64,000 nt of DNA from Cyanophyceae cyanobacterium (lineage in GTDB: Bacteria; Cyanobacteriota; Cyanobacteriia; Cyanobacteriales; Laspinemataceae): the NCBI GenBank assembly GCA_038321985.1, contig JBBQFN010000004.1, positions 1-64,000 of the forward strand, written 5' to 3'. The translations under genes and the position numbers were made by a program. The notes under the pieces are model-generated. The model made no database searches, was not told the DNA's origin, and was given only the letters and a program-made list of their open reading frames with translations. Positions 43,949-54,294 of the stretch are shown piece by piece (within the stretch, counting starts at the first letter, position 1; the number at the start of each line of letters is the position of its first letter).

Positions 43949-45121
43949 GTGAGTAAACATCGACCCCTGAAAGCTGTCGAATTATTTGCCGGAATTGGCG
44001 GGTTTCATTTAGGCATGGGGGCGGCTAATATTCAAACCATTTGGGCCAATGATAGCAGTGAATTAGCCGCTCAAGTGTACCGGAGTAACTTTGGGGAACA
44101 GTCTCTCCGGTTCGGGGATATCAGGCAAATCGAGATAGCAGAGATTCCCCCCCATGATATTTTAACCGCTGGGTTTCCCTGTCAACCTTTTAGTGCGGCG
44201 GGGAAAAAACTAGGCATTCGCGACTGCCTCCGGGGAACCTTGTTTGAACGGATTATCGAAATTTTAGATAAAAAACAGCCGTCGTATTTCTTTTTAGAGA
44301 ATGTCAAGCGGATGCTGACGATGGAATCCGGATATCACTTCCGGGTGATTTTGGATGCACTGTCTGCCTTAGATTATTTTATAGAATGGCGAGTCATTAA
44401 TACCCTCAGCTTTGGACTTCCTCAAAATCGCGATCGTATCTTCATCTTTGGAACGCGCATCAACCCACCCCAAAGCTATCCTGAACTCCTACAAAACCAT
44501 TCCGTATTTTTGACCCAAGCTGATGTAGAAGCCATTCAAGTCGATAGCCACCTCCAGTCTCATTTTACCCCAATTTTAACCAGCTATAGCAAAATTCCAA
44601 ACTGGGGAATTGCCTATCAACGAAAAATGTATGCCAAACCGATTCCTCCCTTGGCAGACATCCAACCGAGGAAGAAACTCCGTGATATTCTGCAAGACGA
44701 ATCCGAGATAGAATCCCAGTTTGATTTTACCTCAGATACCCTAGAAAGAATCAAGCAAAGTAAAGCCGTCAATCGCTACTGTAATGGAGTAGAAATCCTG
44801 TATAATCAAGGAGGAGGAGCCAGACTCGGTTATACTATCTTTGGGATTAATGGAATTACCTCAACCCTGACGGCATCCACCTCCAGACATTATGAACGAT
44901 ATCGAGTTGGGGATAAATATCGCCGCTTAACCCCCGTGGAATATGCCAGATTAATGGGGTTTCCCGATGAGTGGTGCCGCGTTGCCCGAGTTTACGATCG
45001 CTATGCCTTATTCGGAAATGCGATCGCGCCTCCCTGTGTCGCCTGGGTTGCCAAACGAATCGGTCAAAAAAACATTGACCTCAATCAGCGTAGCTGGCAG
45101 CAATTAACTTTAGCTTTATGA
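43949..45121 (+). CDS. DNA (cytosine-5)-methyltransferase of a type II R-M system
   Basis: FAGIGG (I), GFPCQPFS (IV), ENV (VI), QNRDR (VIII), RLTPVEYARLMGFP (IX), FGNAI (X). Confidence 0.95.
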   Translation: MSKHRPLKAVELFAGIGGFHLGMGAANIQTIWANDSSELAAQVYRSNFGEQSLRFGDIRQIEIAEIPPHDILTAGFPCQPFSAAGKKLGIRDCLRGTLFERIIEILDKKQPSYFFLENVKRMLTMESGYHFRVILDALSALDYFIEWRVINTLSFGLPQNRDRIFIFGTRINPPQSYPELLQNHSVFLTQADVEAIQVDSHLQSHFTPILTSYSKIPNWGIAYQRKMYAKPIPPLADIQPRKKLRDILQDESEIESQFDFTSDTLERIKQSKAVNRYCNGVEILYNQGGGARLGYTIFGINGITSTLTASTSRHYERYRVGDKYRRLTPVEYARLMGFPDEWCRVARVYDRYALFGNAIAPPCVAWVAKRIGQKNIDLNQRSWQQLTLAL

Positions 45122-45140
45122 TCAGAAAAATTATCAATAA

Positions 45141-45800
45141 ATGCAACCACTGACCTTACCGGCGTTAAAGACAGAAGCAGGAGAATTTGCGAGACAACTG
45201 GCGACTACACCAATTCCCTTATATGGAATTACAGATGGTAAAGCAGTGGGAACTTATGTTGAAACAGCATTCAATAATTATTTAGCACTTCGATACGCCT
45301 ATAAAAGTGGTAGTGCTACCAGTGGGATTGATTTTCCAGATCTCAACGTGGATTTAAAAGTCACCTCGATTAGACAGCCTCAGTCTTCCTGTCCATTTCG
45401 AGATGCCAGTCAGAAAATATTTGGACTGGGGTATCATCTATTGGTTTTTACCTACGAAAAAACCGATAATCAGGTATCCCATCTTTGTTATTTAAATTTT
45501 TTAAATATTGTTTTTCTTGAACGAGAGGGCACAGCCGATTATCAAACCACTTATGGATTGCGAGAAATTCTCCGGCGTCATGGCAACAAAGATGATATAA
45601 TTGCATTTTTAGAAGAACGGAACCTCCCTTTAGATGAAATAGGCAGAGAACTTTTAGCGGATCGCATCATCAGTCAACCTCCAAAACAAGGGTTTTTAAC
45701 CATTTCAAATGCTTTACAGTGGAGGTTGCAATATAGAAGAATTATCGATTTAGCCAATAGCGGTGAAACGGAAGGAATAGAAAATTTACAAATATTATAA
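45141..45800 (+). CDS. Type II restriction endonuclease, NspV-like
   Basis: LYGITDGKAVGTYVE, SGIDFP, VDLKVTSIRQPQSSCPF, ISNALQWRLQY match my recollection of R.NspV (TTCGAA); directly downstream of the MTase. Confidence 0.8.
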   Translation: MQPLTLPALKTEAGEFARQLATTPIPLYGITDGKAVGTYVETAFNNYLALRYAYKSGSATSGIDFPDLNVDLKVTSIRQPQSSCPFRDASQKIFGLGYHLLVFTYEKTDNQVSHLCYLNFLNIVFLEREGTADYQTTYGLREILRRHGNKDDIIAFLEERNLPLDEIGRELLADRIISQPPKQGFLTISNALQWRLQYRRIIDLANSGETEGIENLQIL

Positions 45801-45916
45801 TTAGGGCTAATAAACTCCCACTCTAAAGAAGTTAAAGCAAGGAACAGCAGCGACAACCACAGGGGTTTGAACCCCCGCCGGTTTTTGCTTCCTCACCCAA
45901 AATCCCCATTTCCTCC

Positions 45917-46819
45917 TTATCGCGGACTAAATTTAATCCGATAAACGGAACCTGGATATTGCTTAAACGTTTTACTCACCTGAGTCCGCAAATTCCAAAA
46001 TCGTACTGTATTATCTTCACTTGCCGAAGCTAAAGTCTTTCCATTCGGACTAAAACTCACACTATAAACAATATTTTGATGTTCCCGCAACGTCACCAAC
46101 AAAGCGCCATCTACGCTGCGCCAAATTTTTACCGTCTTATCTGCACTTGCGGACGCAATTAATTCTCCATCCGGACTAAAACAGACATCTAACACCGCAT
46201 TTTGATGCCCGGTTAATGTGCGAACAGTTCCATGACGTCCCCAGGAAATATCTCGCACCCATAATTTCACTGTGCCGTCACCACTTCCCGAGACTAATTG
46301 ATTCCCATCGTTATTAAAATTAACGCTATAAACACTATCTTCATGACCTTCTAATGTTCTTAAGCAAATTCCGTTAAACTGCCATAACTTGATGGTGCCA
46401 TCACCACAGCCAGAAGCAATTAAATTCCCGTTGGGTAGAAAGTTTATATCAAATAATCCCGAAGATTGGCGTTTAATGGAAGAAATTAAGGTACCATCTC
46501 GTTTCCAAAACTTCAAAGTTTTATCCGCACTGGCGGTAGCAATGCGATTCCCTTTCGTGTTAAAATCAACCCCAAATACTTCCGCACTATGTCCTTTCAA
46601 GGTGGTTAAAAATGTCCCATCTCGACGCCAAAGTTTGACAGTTTTATCGGCACTGGCTGTGGCGATTAGTTTCCCATCTGGACTGAATGCAAGACTCAAA
46701 ACACTGTCACTATGGCCGTTGAGAATCGTATCTACACTGCCATCAAGTTGCCACAGTCTGACGGTTGTATCGGCACAGGCAGCGGCGATCGCACTAGAAA
46801 GGGTTGGGGAGAAAAACAT
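45917..46819 (-). CDS. WD40 repeat protein (~7 repeats)
   Basis: Repeated GH...V..V.FSPDG..IASASAD.TVK.W units. Confidence 0.85.
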   Translation of the reverse strand: MFFSPTLSSAIAAACADTTVRLWQLDGSVDTILNGHSDSVLSLAFSPDGKLIATASADKTVKLWRRDGTFLTTLKGHSAEVFGVDFNTKGNRIATASADKTLKFWKRDGTLISSIKRQSSGLFDINFLPNGNLIASGCGDGTIKLWQFNGICLRTLEGHEDSVYSVNFNNDGNQLVSGSGDGTVKLWVRDISWGRHGTVRTLTGHQNAVLDVCFSPDGELIASASADKTVKIWRSVDGALLVTLREHQNIVYSVSFSPNGKTLASASEDNTVRFWNLRTQVSKTFKQYPGSVYRIKFSPR

Positions 46820-46994
46820 ACAAAAGTCAGCCCGTCTTTGAGTCTGGAGATAGTAAGGGGAAAAGTTACCTGATTATCTATTATTATAAGGGGTTAAGGT
46901 TTTCCATTCCGCCGCCCGGGAGGAATACCCATCTAAATTCATCCAAATAACTTGAGAATTGTCTATAATAGGCACATCGGATTGGAGAGGTTAT

Positions 46995-47627
46995 ATGGCG
47001 TTAATAAGTGAACTGCGCTGGTTTTATCCGGGTTCTCCACCGGAGGCGATCGCCGATTGGTTTGAAGGGAACTCTCCAATTCCCGGGCCAATCTCCCCAG
47101 AAACACGAGAAGATTTATATCTGTTCACCCCCGGCTGTGATTATCTTAATATTAAATGGCGACAAGACCGCCTAGAAATCAAATGGCGGCAAGCAGAATG
47201 GGGGGAGGTCCAGTTTGGGGGCTGCCTATCGGGGAATCTAGAAACCTGGAAAAAGTGCGCTTGTGAGGGGTTAAGTCCCGGAATGCCAGGGGATGCAGAA
47301 GCAAGCGAAACCTGGGTGAGGGTCCGCAAAACGCGATCGCAGCGCTTTTATCAATACCATCATTCCAGGATTGAACCCATTACTGGCGATCGCCAAGTTT
47401 CCCAAGGATGCAGCTTAGAACTGACCCACCTGGCGATCGCGGATCAACCTTGGTGGAGTCTTGCCTTAGAGGCATTCGGTCCCACCGATACCTTGATTGA
47501 CACTCTCAAAGCAACCCTAACCTTAATCAGCATCACCTATCCGGCCGAATATCCCTTATCCGGTTCAGCATCCTATGCCTATCCCCACTGGTTGCAACGC
47601 GTGTTCCAGGGAAAAGGGGACGGTTGA
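46995..47627 (+). CDS. Hypothetical protein, possibly CYTH-like fold
   Basis: ELRWF, REDLYL, LEIKWR, VRKTR, LELT, LALEA pattern; ATG after GGAGAGG. Confidence 0.55.
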   Translation: MALISELRWFYPGSPPEAIADWFEGNSPIPGPISPETREDLYLFTPGCDYLNIKWRQDRLEIKWRQAEWGEVQFGGCLSGNLETWKKCACEGLSPGMPGDAEASETWVRVRKTRSQRFYQYHHSRIEPITGDRQVSQGCSLELTHLAIADQPWWSLALEAFGPTDTLIDTLKATLTLISITYPAEYPLSGSASYAYPHWLQRVFQGKGDG

Positions 47628-47765
47628 TGGGGAAGAAACGACTGAAGTCGTGACGTTGAACCCCCATTTCCCGTAATATCGACCCAATTGATTCGGGAAT
47701 CCCGATCTCGATTCTAGGCAGGGCTTAATTAAAATAAAAATGTGACAATAATAGGAAAAAATAGT

Positions 47766-50390
47766 ATGCAACCCAATAATCCGAATCAGTTTACAGAAAA
47801 AGCATGGGCAGCGATCGCCCAAACCCCCGATCTTGCCAAACAAGCGCAACATCAGCAAATCGAAAGCGAAATCCTGATGAAAGCGTTACTCGAACAAGAA
47901 GGACTCTCTAGCAGCATTCTTAGCAAAGCAGGAGTTAACGTCCAACAAATGCGCGATCGCACCGAACAATTTATCAATCGCCAACCCAAAGTGAGTGGTA
48001 CCAGTTCCGTCTATCTCGGACGTAGCGTTGATACCCTGCTTGATCGCGCCGATGCTTATCGGAAAGAGTATGCCGATGAATATATTTCTATCGAACATAT
48101 ATTACTGGGATTCGCTAAAGATGACCGCTTTGGCAAAGGACTCTTCCAGGAATTCAAACTCACTGAACAAAAACTCAAAGACACCATCGCGCAAGTTAGA
48201 GGCAGTCAAAAAGTGACCGATCAAAATCCCGAAGGCAAGTATCAATCGTTAGAAAAGTATGGACGCGATCTCACGCAAGCGGCGCGAGAAGGTAAACTTG
48301 ACCCAGTAATTGGTCGAGATGACGAAATTCGCCGGACCATTCAAATCCTCTCTCGGCGCACAAAGAATAATCCTGTCTTAATTGGGGAACCGGGGGTGGG
48401 TAAAACTGCGATCGCCGAAGGACTCGCACAGCGGATTATCGCAGGAGATGTTCCCCAATCCCTGAAGGACCGGCAACTTATCACCTTAGATATGGGTGCA
48501 TTAATTGCGGGTGCAAAATATCGCGGGGAATTTGAAGAACGTCTCAAAGCAGTGCTCAAGGAAGTCACTGAATCTGGCGGAACAATTATCCTATTTATTG
48601 ATGAAATTCATACGGTCGTTGGTGCCGGTGCCACCCAAGGGGCAATGGATGCCGGAAACCTACTAAAACCTATGTTAGCACGGGGAGAACTGCGCTGTAT
48701 CGGAGCAACTACGTTAGATGAATATCGCAAATATTTGGAAAAAGATGCAGCCTTAGAACGGCGTTTCCAGCAAGTGTATATCGATCAACCCAGCGTTGTT
48801 GATAGTATCTCAATTTTGCGCGGACTTAAAGAACGATATGAAGTGCATCATGGGGTAAAAATTTCCGATAGTGCCTTAGTTGCTGCTGCCACTTTATCGA
48901 ATCGATATATCAGCGATCGCTTCTTACCTGATAAGGCGATCGACCTCGTAGATGAAGCTGCCGCAAAACTGAAAATGGAGATTACCTCCAAACCCGAGGA
49001 ACTGGACGAAATCGACCGGAAAATACTCCAACTAGAAATGGAAAAGTTATCCTTAAAAAATGAAAGTGATCTAGCCTCTCAGGACCGTTTACAAGGGTTA
49101 GAAAAAGAACTCGGCAACCTCAAAGAACAACAACATACCCTGAATGCACAATGGCAGTCTGAAAAAGACGTGATTGCTCAAATTCAGAGTATTAAAGAAG
49201 AAATTGATCGGGTCAACATCGAAATTCAACAAGCGGAACGCAACTACGACCTCAACCGCGCCGCTGAACTAAAATATGGCAACCTCACCAGCTTGCAAAA
49301 GCAGCTAGAACAAGCCGAAGCTAATTTAGCCGCAAACCAAACCAGCGGTCAAACCTTACTCCGTGAAGAAGTAACCGAAGCAGATATTGCCGAAATTATC
49401 TCTAAATGGACCGGAATTCCGATTAGTAAATTAGTGGAATCGGAGATGCAAAAACTGCTACAACTTGAAGATGAATTGCACAAGCGCGTCATCGGACAAG
49501 AGGAAGCCGTAACTGCTGTGGCCGATTCTATCCAGCGATCGCGCGCCGGATTATCCGACCCAAACCGTCCCGTTGCCAGCTTTATCTTCCTCGGACCCAC
49601 AGGGGTTGGTAAAACCGAACTCGCCAAAGCCCTTGCTGCTTATCTATTCGATACCGAAGAATCAATGGTGCGAATTGATATGTCTGAATACATGGAGAAA
49701 CACGCCGTTTCCCGCTTAGTGGGTGCACCTCCAGGATATGTCGGGTATGAAGAAGGGGGACAACTTTCCGAAGCAGTGCGCCGTCGTCCTTACTCGGTTA
49801 TTCTATTTGATGAAATCGAGAAAGCACATCCTGATGTCTTTAATATCATGCTGCAAATTCTCGATGATGGCCGCGTGACGGATGCACAAGGACATACCGT
49901 AGACTTCAAGAATTCCGTAATCATTATGACCAGTAACGTGGGGTCACAATTTATCTTAGATGTCTCCGGTGACGATGAACAGTATGAAGAAATGCGGGGT
50001 CGCGTTATGGAAGCCATGCGGACTAATTTCCGTCCCGAATTCCTGAACCGAATTGATGAAATGATTATTTTCCATTCGTTGAAAAAAGAGCAACTGCGGC
50101 AGATTGTACAGTTGCAAATTGAACGAGTTGTTGAACGCCTACGCGATCGCAAGATGTCCTTGAAACTGTCCGATAGTGCGGTTAGTTTCTTAGCGGAAGT
50201 GGGGTATGACCCAGTTTATGGCGCAAGACCCCTGAAGCGTTCCATTCAGCGGGAGTTAGAAACCCAAATTGCTAAATCCATCTTACGGGGTGATTTTACC
50301 AATGGGGATACGATTTTTGTCGATGTAGAAAATGAGCGATTAATGTTTAAGCGGTTAGCGTCTGATTTGTTAGTTCAATCTGATTTGTAA
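47766..50390 (+). CDS. clpB: Chaperone ClpB
   Basis: [14 protein letters not shown], two AAA+ domains, coiled-coil M domain ([11 protein letters not shown]...RAAELKYG), no ClpP-binding loop. Confidence 0.96.
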   Translation: MQPNNPNQFTEKAWAAIAQTPDLAKQAQHQQIESEILMKALLEQEGLSSSILSKAGVNVQQMRDRTEQFINRQPKVSGTSSVYLGRSVDTLLDRADAYRKEYADEYISIEHILLGFAKDDRFGKGLFQEFKLTEQKLKDTIAQVRGSQKVTDQNPEGKYQSLEKYGRDLTQAAREGKLDPVIGRDDEIRRTIQILSRRTKNNPVLIGEPGVGKTAIAEGLAQRIIAGDVPQSLKDRQLITLDMGALIAGAKYRGEFEERLKAVLKEVTESGGTIILFIDEIHTVVGAGATQGAMDAGNLLKPMLARGELRCIGATTLDEYRKYLEKDAALERRFQQVYIDQPSVVDSISILRGLKERYEVHHGVKISDSALVAAATLSNRYISDRFLPDKAIDLVDEAAAKLKMEITSKPEELDEIDRKILQLEMEKLSLKNESDLASQDRLQGLEKELGNLKEQQHTLNAQWQSEKDVIAQIQSIKEEIDRVNIEIQQAERNYDLNRAAELKYGNLTSLQKQLEQAEANLAANQTSGQTLLREEVTEADIAEIISKWTGIPISKLVESEMQKLLQLEDELHKRVIGQEEAVTAVADSIQRSRAGLSDPNRPVASFIFLGPTGVGKTELAKALAAYLFDTEESMVRIDMSEYMEKHAVSRLVGAPPGYVGYEEGGQLSEAVRRRPYSVILFDEIEKAHPDVFNIMLQILDDGRVTDAQGHTVDFKNSVIIMTSNVGSQFILDVSGDDEQYEEMRGRVMEAMRTNFRPEFLNRIDEMIIFHSLKKEQLRQIVQLQIERVVERLRDRKMSLKLSDSAVSFLAEVGYDPVYGARPLKRSIQRELETQIAKSILRGDFTNGDTIFVDVENERLMFKRLASDLLVQSDL

Positions 50391-50403
50391 GTTCTGCATA
50401 ACC

Positions 50404-50453
50404 GGCGGGGGTTTAAACCCCCGCCTAATAGCTAAAGTCGGTTAAAACCGACT
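50404..50453. repeat. REP-like tandem hairpins
   Basis: ggcgggggtttaaacccccgcc and agtcggttaaaaccgact; a related degenerate copy at ~45860-45885. Confidence 0.75.
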
Positions 50454-50496
50454 AGGGAGAATAATTCGCGAGAATGAGTTAGGAGGGATGGTTTAA

Positions 50497-51057
50497 ATGA
50501 GCGTTCAATTGATTAAGCATAAATTTACGGTTGATGATTATAGTAAGATGGCAGAAATAGGGGTTTTTAAGGCAGGCGATCGCATTGAACTAATCCGAGG
50601 AGAAATCATCGAAATCTCACCCATTGGAACCCGTCATGCTGCTTGTGTCAGACGCTTACAGTTATTGTTGTCCGAAAAAGTAGGAAAACGCGCATTGTGC
50701 GACACCCAAAATCCCATACAATTAGGCAACAACTCTCAACCGCAACCGGATGTAACCTTGCTACAACCCCGGGATGATTTTTATGCCACCCAACATCCGC
50801 AACCCCAGGATATCTTGCTATTAGTCGAAGTTGCCGATACCACCTTAGAAGGCGATCGTACCATCAAAATCCCTCTCTATGCCGAACACAACATCACCGA
50901 AGTCTGGTTAGTCAATCTCCCCGAAAACTGCCTAGAAGTCTACCGCCAACCCACCGAAACCGGATATCAAATCATCAGTCAATTCTATCCCGGAGACACC
51001 CTATCCCTACAAACATTTCCTGACATCACCCTCAACGTTAATCAAATCCTATCCTAG
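50497..51057 (+). CDS. Uma2 family endonuclease
   Basis: RIELIRGEI, PQPDVTLL, LLVEVADTT...DR..K..LYA...I.EVWLVNL. Confidence 0.92.
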   Translation: MSVQLIKHKFTVDDYSKMAEIGVFKAGDRIELIRGEIIEISPIGTRHAACVRRLQLLLSEKVGKRALCDTQNPIQLGNNSQPQPDVTLLQPRDDFYATQHPQPQDILLLVEVADTTLEGDRTIKIPLYAEHNITEVWLVNLPENCLEVYRQPTETGYQIISQFYPGDTLSLQTFPDITLNVNQILS

Positions 51058-51122
51058 TCCTTCTCTAAGGTTCGGAGTAACGATTTGCATTCGGTATCCC
51101 CCTTAATCCACAAACCAACCTA

Positions 51123-51725
51123 ATGGCATATAGTGACTTTACATTAACCGAAATCAAAACAAAATTTAACTTAACTCTTAGCGAACAAATTGATTTATTT
51201 CCCCAGATTCCTGAACTTCAAGGCAGCAAGCACTTAACTCAAACCCTCCAAGATAATATCCCTCTGGCCTTGGCGATCGACACGGAAAAAGCCCGTTCAG
51301 AAATGATAGTCACCCCCATTTTAATCGAACTCAGAAAATACTTTCAACTCCAAATCAGTTTATTTTCGGGCATCCCCTTTAACGTCGATATAGCCCAGGG
51401 ATTAAATGGAACTTGTGACTTTTTGATTAGTCACTCTGCTGAACAACTCTCTATAGAAGCCCCCATCATTACCTTAGTTGAAGCCAAAAATGATAACATT
51501 AAATCTGGACTAGGACAATGCCTCGCCGAAATGGTTGCGGCCCAATTATTTAACCAACAGAAAGGCAATTCGATTCCTATCATCTATGGAGTTATTACCA
51601 CGGGAAGCGTCTGGAAATTTCTCAAATTAGAAAATCAAATTGCCTCCATTGATTTAGTTGAATATTACATTCGAGACTTGCCTAAAATTCTGGGTATTTT
51701 AGCCAACGCGATCGCCACCCGGTAG
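51123..51725 (+). CDS. Conserved hypothetical protein, PD-(D/E)xK / HsdR-N-like
   Basis: [42 protein letters not shown]. Confidence 0.75.
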   Translation: MAYSDFTLTEIKTKFNLTLSEQIDLFPQIPELQGSKHLTQTLQDNIPLALAIDTEKARSEMIVTPILIELRKYFQLQISLFSGIPFNVDIAQGLNGTCDFLISHSAEQLSIEAPIITLVEAKNDNIKSGLGQCLAEMVAAQLFNQQKGNSIPIIYGVITTGSVWKFLKLENQIASIDLVEYYIRDLPKILGILANAIATR

Positions 51726-51774
51726 GGAGACTGCACTGCCTTCTATTCTGCCCATGGGTAGAGGCGATCTGGCT

Positions 51775-51804
51775 TTGACATCCCGCCCTCGAACGGGATA
51801 AAAT
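51775..51804 (+). promoter_or_regulatory. Possible sigma70-type promoter TTGACA-N18-TAAAAT
   Basis: Consensus -35 and near-consensus -10; the spacer is a hairpin. Confidence 0.35.
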
Positions 51805-52066
51805 AAATAAGCATAACTAAAAAATACAAAATAATTTCCTTTCAATGGATTGATTTTAATCCCTCTATTCATCCATTTATCCTCGTTTTCTTGCTCTTGA
51901 TTAGTCTGGGAAGCGGTTTTATACTAGGGTTGGCTGCTTGGTTGATTAGGAAATGTATAAATCCGGGTTAGAGAAAGATACAAGCTAATTATTCTCTTTC
52001 TCTAGAGTGGATGAAATTATTTAGGTTTACTATAATAGTTTAAATAATGCCCTCTAACCCGATAAA

Positions 52067-52750
52067 ATGATGTGTGGAAGATTTAGCTTTTATCAAGCGC
52101 CTGAGACGGTTGCAGAATTATTTGAATTGGCGGGAATTCCCCAGGTAAAACCCCGATATAATATTGCGCCGACTCAATCTGTGCCTACGGTGTTGCAGCG
52201 GGGAGACACGGAGGAACGGGAGTTGCAGATGATGCGTTGGGGATTGATTCCATTTTGGGCGAAGGATGCCAAAATGGGGTCAAAATTGATTAATGCGCGA
52301 TCGGAAACGGTGGCGGAAAAACCTTCGTTTCGATCGCCTTTCAAGCATCGCCGTTGTTGGATTCTCGCCGATGGCTTTTATGAGTGGCAGACGACGGATG
52401 AAGGGAAGCAGCCGTTTTATTTTCAATTGAAGGATGGAGAACCGTTTGCGTTTGCTGGGTTGTGGGAACGCTGGCAGTCACCGGAAGGGGAGGAGATTGA
52501 GTCTTGCACGATTTTAACGACGGAGGCAAATGAACTGATGAGTCAGATTCATGTTCGGATGCCGGTGATTTTGTCTCCTAAGAGTCGCGATCGCTGGTTG
52601 GATTCGGCAACCCCTGCGGAGGATTTACACCCACTGCTGACTCCTTACGACTCACAAGAGATGATATCCTATCCGGTGAGTCGGATGGTGAATACTCCCA
52701 AAAGTGACCGCCCGGAATGTGTACAACCGATGGAAATGGGGGAACCATGA
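52067..52750 (+). CDS. SOS response-associated peptidase (SRAP/YedK family)
   Basis: MCGRF start, RYNIAPTQ, WGLIP.W, INARSET, GFYEW, H.RMPVIL. Confidence 0.94.
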   Translation: MMCGRFSFYQAPETVAELFELAGIPQVKPRYNIAPTQSVPTVLQRGDTEERELQMMRWGLIPFWAKDAKMGSKLINARSETVAEKPSFRSPFKHRRCWILADGFYEWQTTDEGKQPFYFQLKDGEPFAFAGLWERWQSPEGEEIESCTILTTEANELMSQIHVRMPVILSPKSRDRWLDSATPAEDLHPLLTPYDSQEMISYPVSRMVNTPKSDRPECVQPMEMGEP

Positions 52751-52753
52751 AGG

Positions 52754-53482
52754 ATGAAGAGTTCACTTAATTATCTACCCCTGGCTGCTATTTCTGATCG
52801 CATTGCTGAGGATGACTTTTTGACGGCGATCGCCGTAACTTCTTTGGGGAATGAAGCGAATGTGAGAACTATCGGGGATTGGCAACCGCCCTTAGAGGGT
52901 AAAATGGCGAACTCTTCTCGTCATGGATTAGCCTTAAGTTGGTTATTCCAGGAATTAAAACTTCAGACGTTTTTCTCCGAACTTCTCGACTCAGAATATT
53001 TCTATCAGCACTTAGTACAAGCAGTCGGGCCCTATCACGAGGAAGATAAGCCCAGAGGGTTACTGCAAGCGGTTTTAGCGGCTGCCGATAGCCTTTTTAT
53101 GACTGAGGTTTTGGATTTGTTTGTGTATGGCAGTTTAATGCGAGGAGAAAGCAATCATTATTTATTAAAAGCTGCTGAATACAGGGGAGAAGATGCAATC
53201 GCTGAGGCGGATTTATTCTGTTTAGGTCCTTATCCTATGTTTGTCCCCGGAACAGGAACAGTTTATGGTGAATGCTATCACATTCCCTTAAAGATTATAC
53301 CCAGTCTCGACCGATTAGAAGACCATCCTCATTATTATCAAAGGCGGTGGATGCAATTTAAAAGTGGTAAAACTCGGTTAGTTTATCAAGGTTTTATCTC
53401 TCATGTCAAAGGATGCCCGCAAATTGTGAGTGGGTCCTGGCGCAGTCGCCCCTCAATCGGGGAGAGGCCCCGATTGAGTTGA
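52754..53482 (+). CDS. Gamma-glutamylcyclotransferase-like protein with unknown N-terminal domain
   Basis: LFVYGSLMRGESNH, GPYP, VYGE.Y, LDRLE...YQR in the C-terminal half. Confidence 0.8.
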   Translation: MKSSLNYLPLAAISDRIAEDDFLTAIAVTSLGNEANVRTIGDWQPPLEGKMANSSRHGLALSWLFQELKLQTFFSELLDSEYFYQHLVQAVGPYHEEDKPRGLLQAVLAAADSLFMTEVLDLFVYGSLMRGESNHYLLKAAEYRGEDAIAEADLFCLGPYPMFVPGTGTVYGECYHIPLKIIPSLDRLEDHPHYYQRRWMQFKSGKTRLVYQGFISHVKGCPQIVSGSWRSRPSIGERPRLS

Positions 53483-53513
53483 CACGAAGTTAACTGAAAT
53501 TCTCATGATAATT

Positions 53514-54161
53514 TTACCAGTCCGTGAGTGCAGGACAATGAGTCATGCTGAAAAAATCACCATTTTTGATAATAATATGACGCTTTGAATCCAGGGTGAT
53601 AATTCCGTCACGACGGAGTTTACCTAAGATTCGGGTAATGGTAACGCGACTGGTGGCGATCGCTGTAGCCAAATCGTAATGGGTGAGTCTAACTCGTAAG
53701 CGAGTTCCATCGGTAACGGGTTCTCCCATTTCCTGTTTGAGTAACAATAATAACTGGTGTAATCGATCTTCTACCTTGCGTTGACTACTGATAGCAAGCA
53801 TAGCTTCTACCTGTCGCAGTCGCCGCATCAGTTGAGGAAACATTTCCCGCGCTAAATGCGGCGATCCTTCCACTTCTCGCAGGGAAAACCACATCAAATA
53901 AACATCCGATAGGGCTTTAGCTTGATAGGTTTGGAGACAGCTAAATGAGAGACTAAAACACATTGACGGACCCACCCATCCTAACAGTCCCTCTTCCCCG
54001 GTGGGATAAAGGGTGCCAAGTTGCACCAAACCTTGAGCAACCTGCCAGATTCCTTGAGATAAAATAGGGATAGTCTCGCCTTTAGCATAAAAATGCAGTC
54101 GGCGTTCTTCTCTAGCGTGATGTCTATCGGTTTCGGGAACCGCCTTAAGCGTTTGGAGCAT
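53514..54161 (-). CDS. Crp/Fnr family transcriptional regulator
   Basis: cNMP-like domain plus HTH (LTHYDLATAIATSRVTITRILGKL). Confidence 0.9.
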   Translation of the reverse strand: MLQTLKAVPETDRHHAREERRLHFYAKGETIPILSQGIWQVAQGLVQLGTLYPTGEEGLLGWVGPSMCFSLSFSCLQTYQAKALSDVYLMWFSLREVEGSPHLAREMFPQLMRRLRQVEAMLAISSQRKVEDRLHQLLLLLKQEMGEPVTDGTRLRVRLTHYDLATAIATSRVTITRILGKLRRDGIITLDSKRHIIIKNGDFFSMTHCPALTDW

Positions 54162-54294
54162 ACCTACAACCTACCAGTCAATAACGCTGGTTACAAACTT
54201 TAGGTTTACTCTATCGGTTCAAGGTAAAGATTAGGTAATCCTTGGCAGAAATGTTGGTTAAGATGGGGTTCCCATTTGGTTATGTCCACTCATT

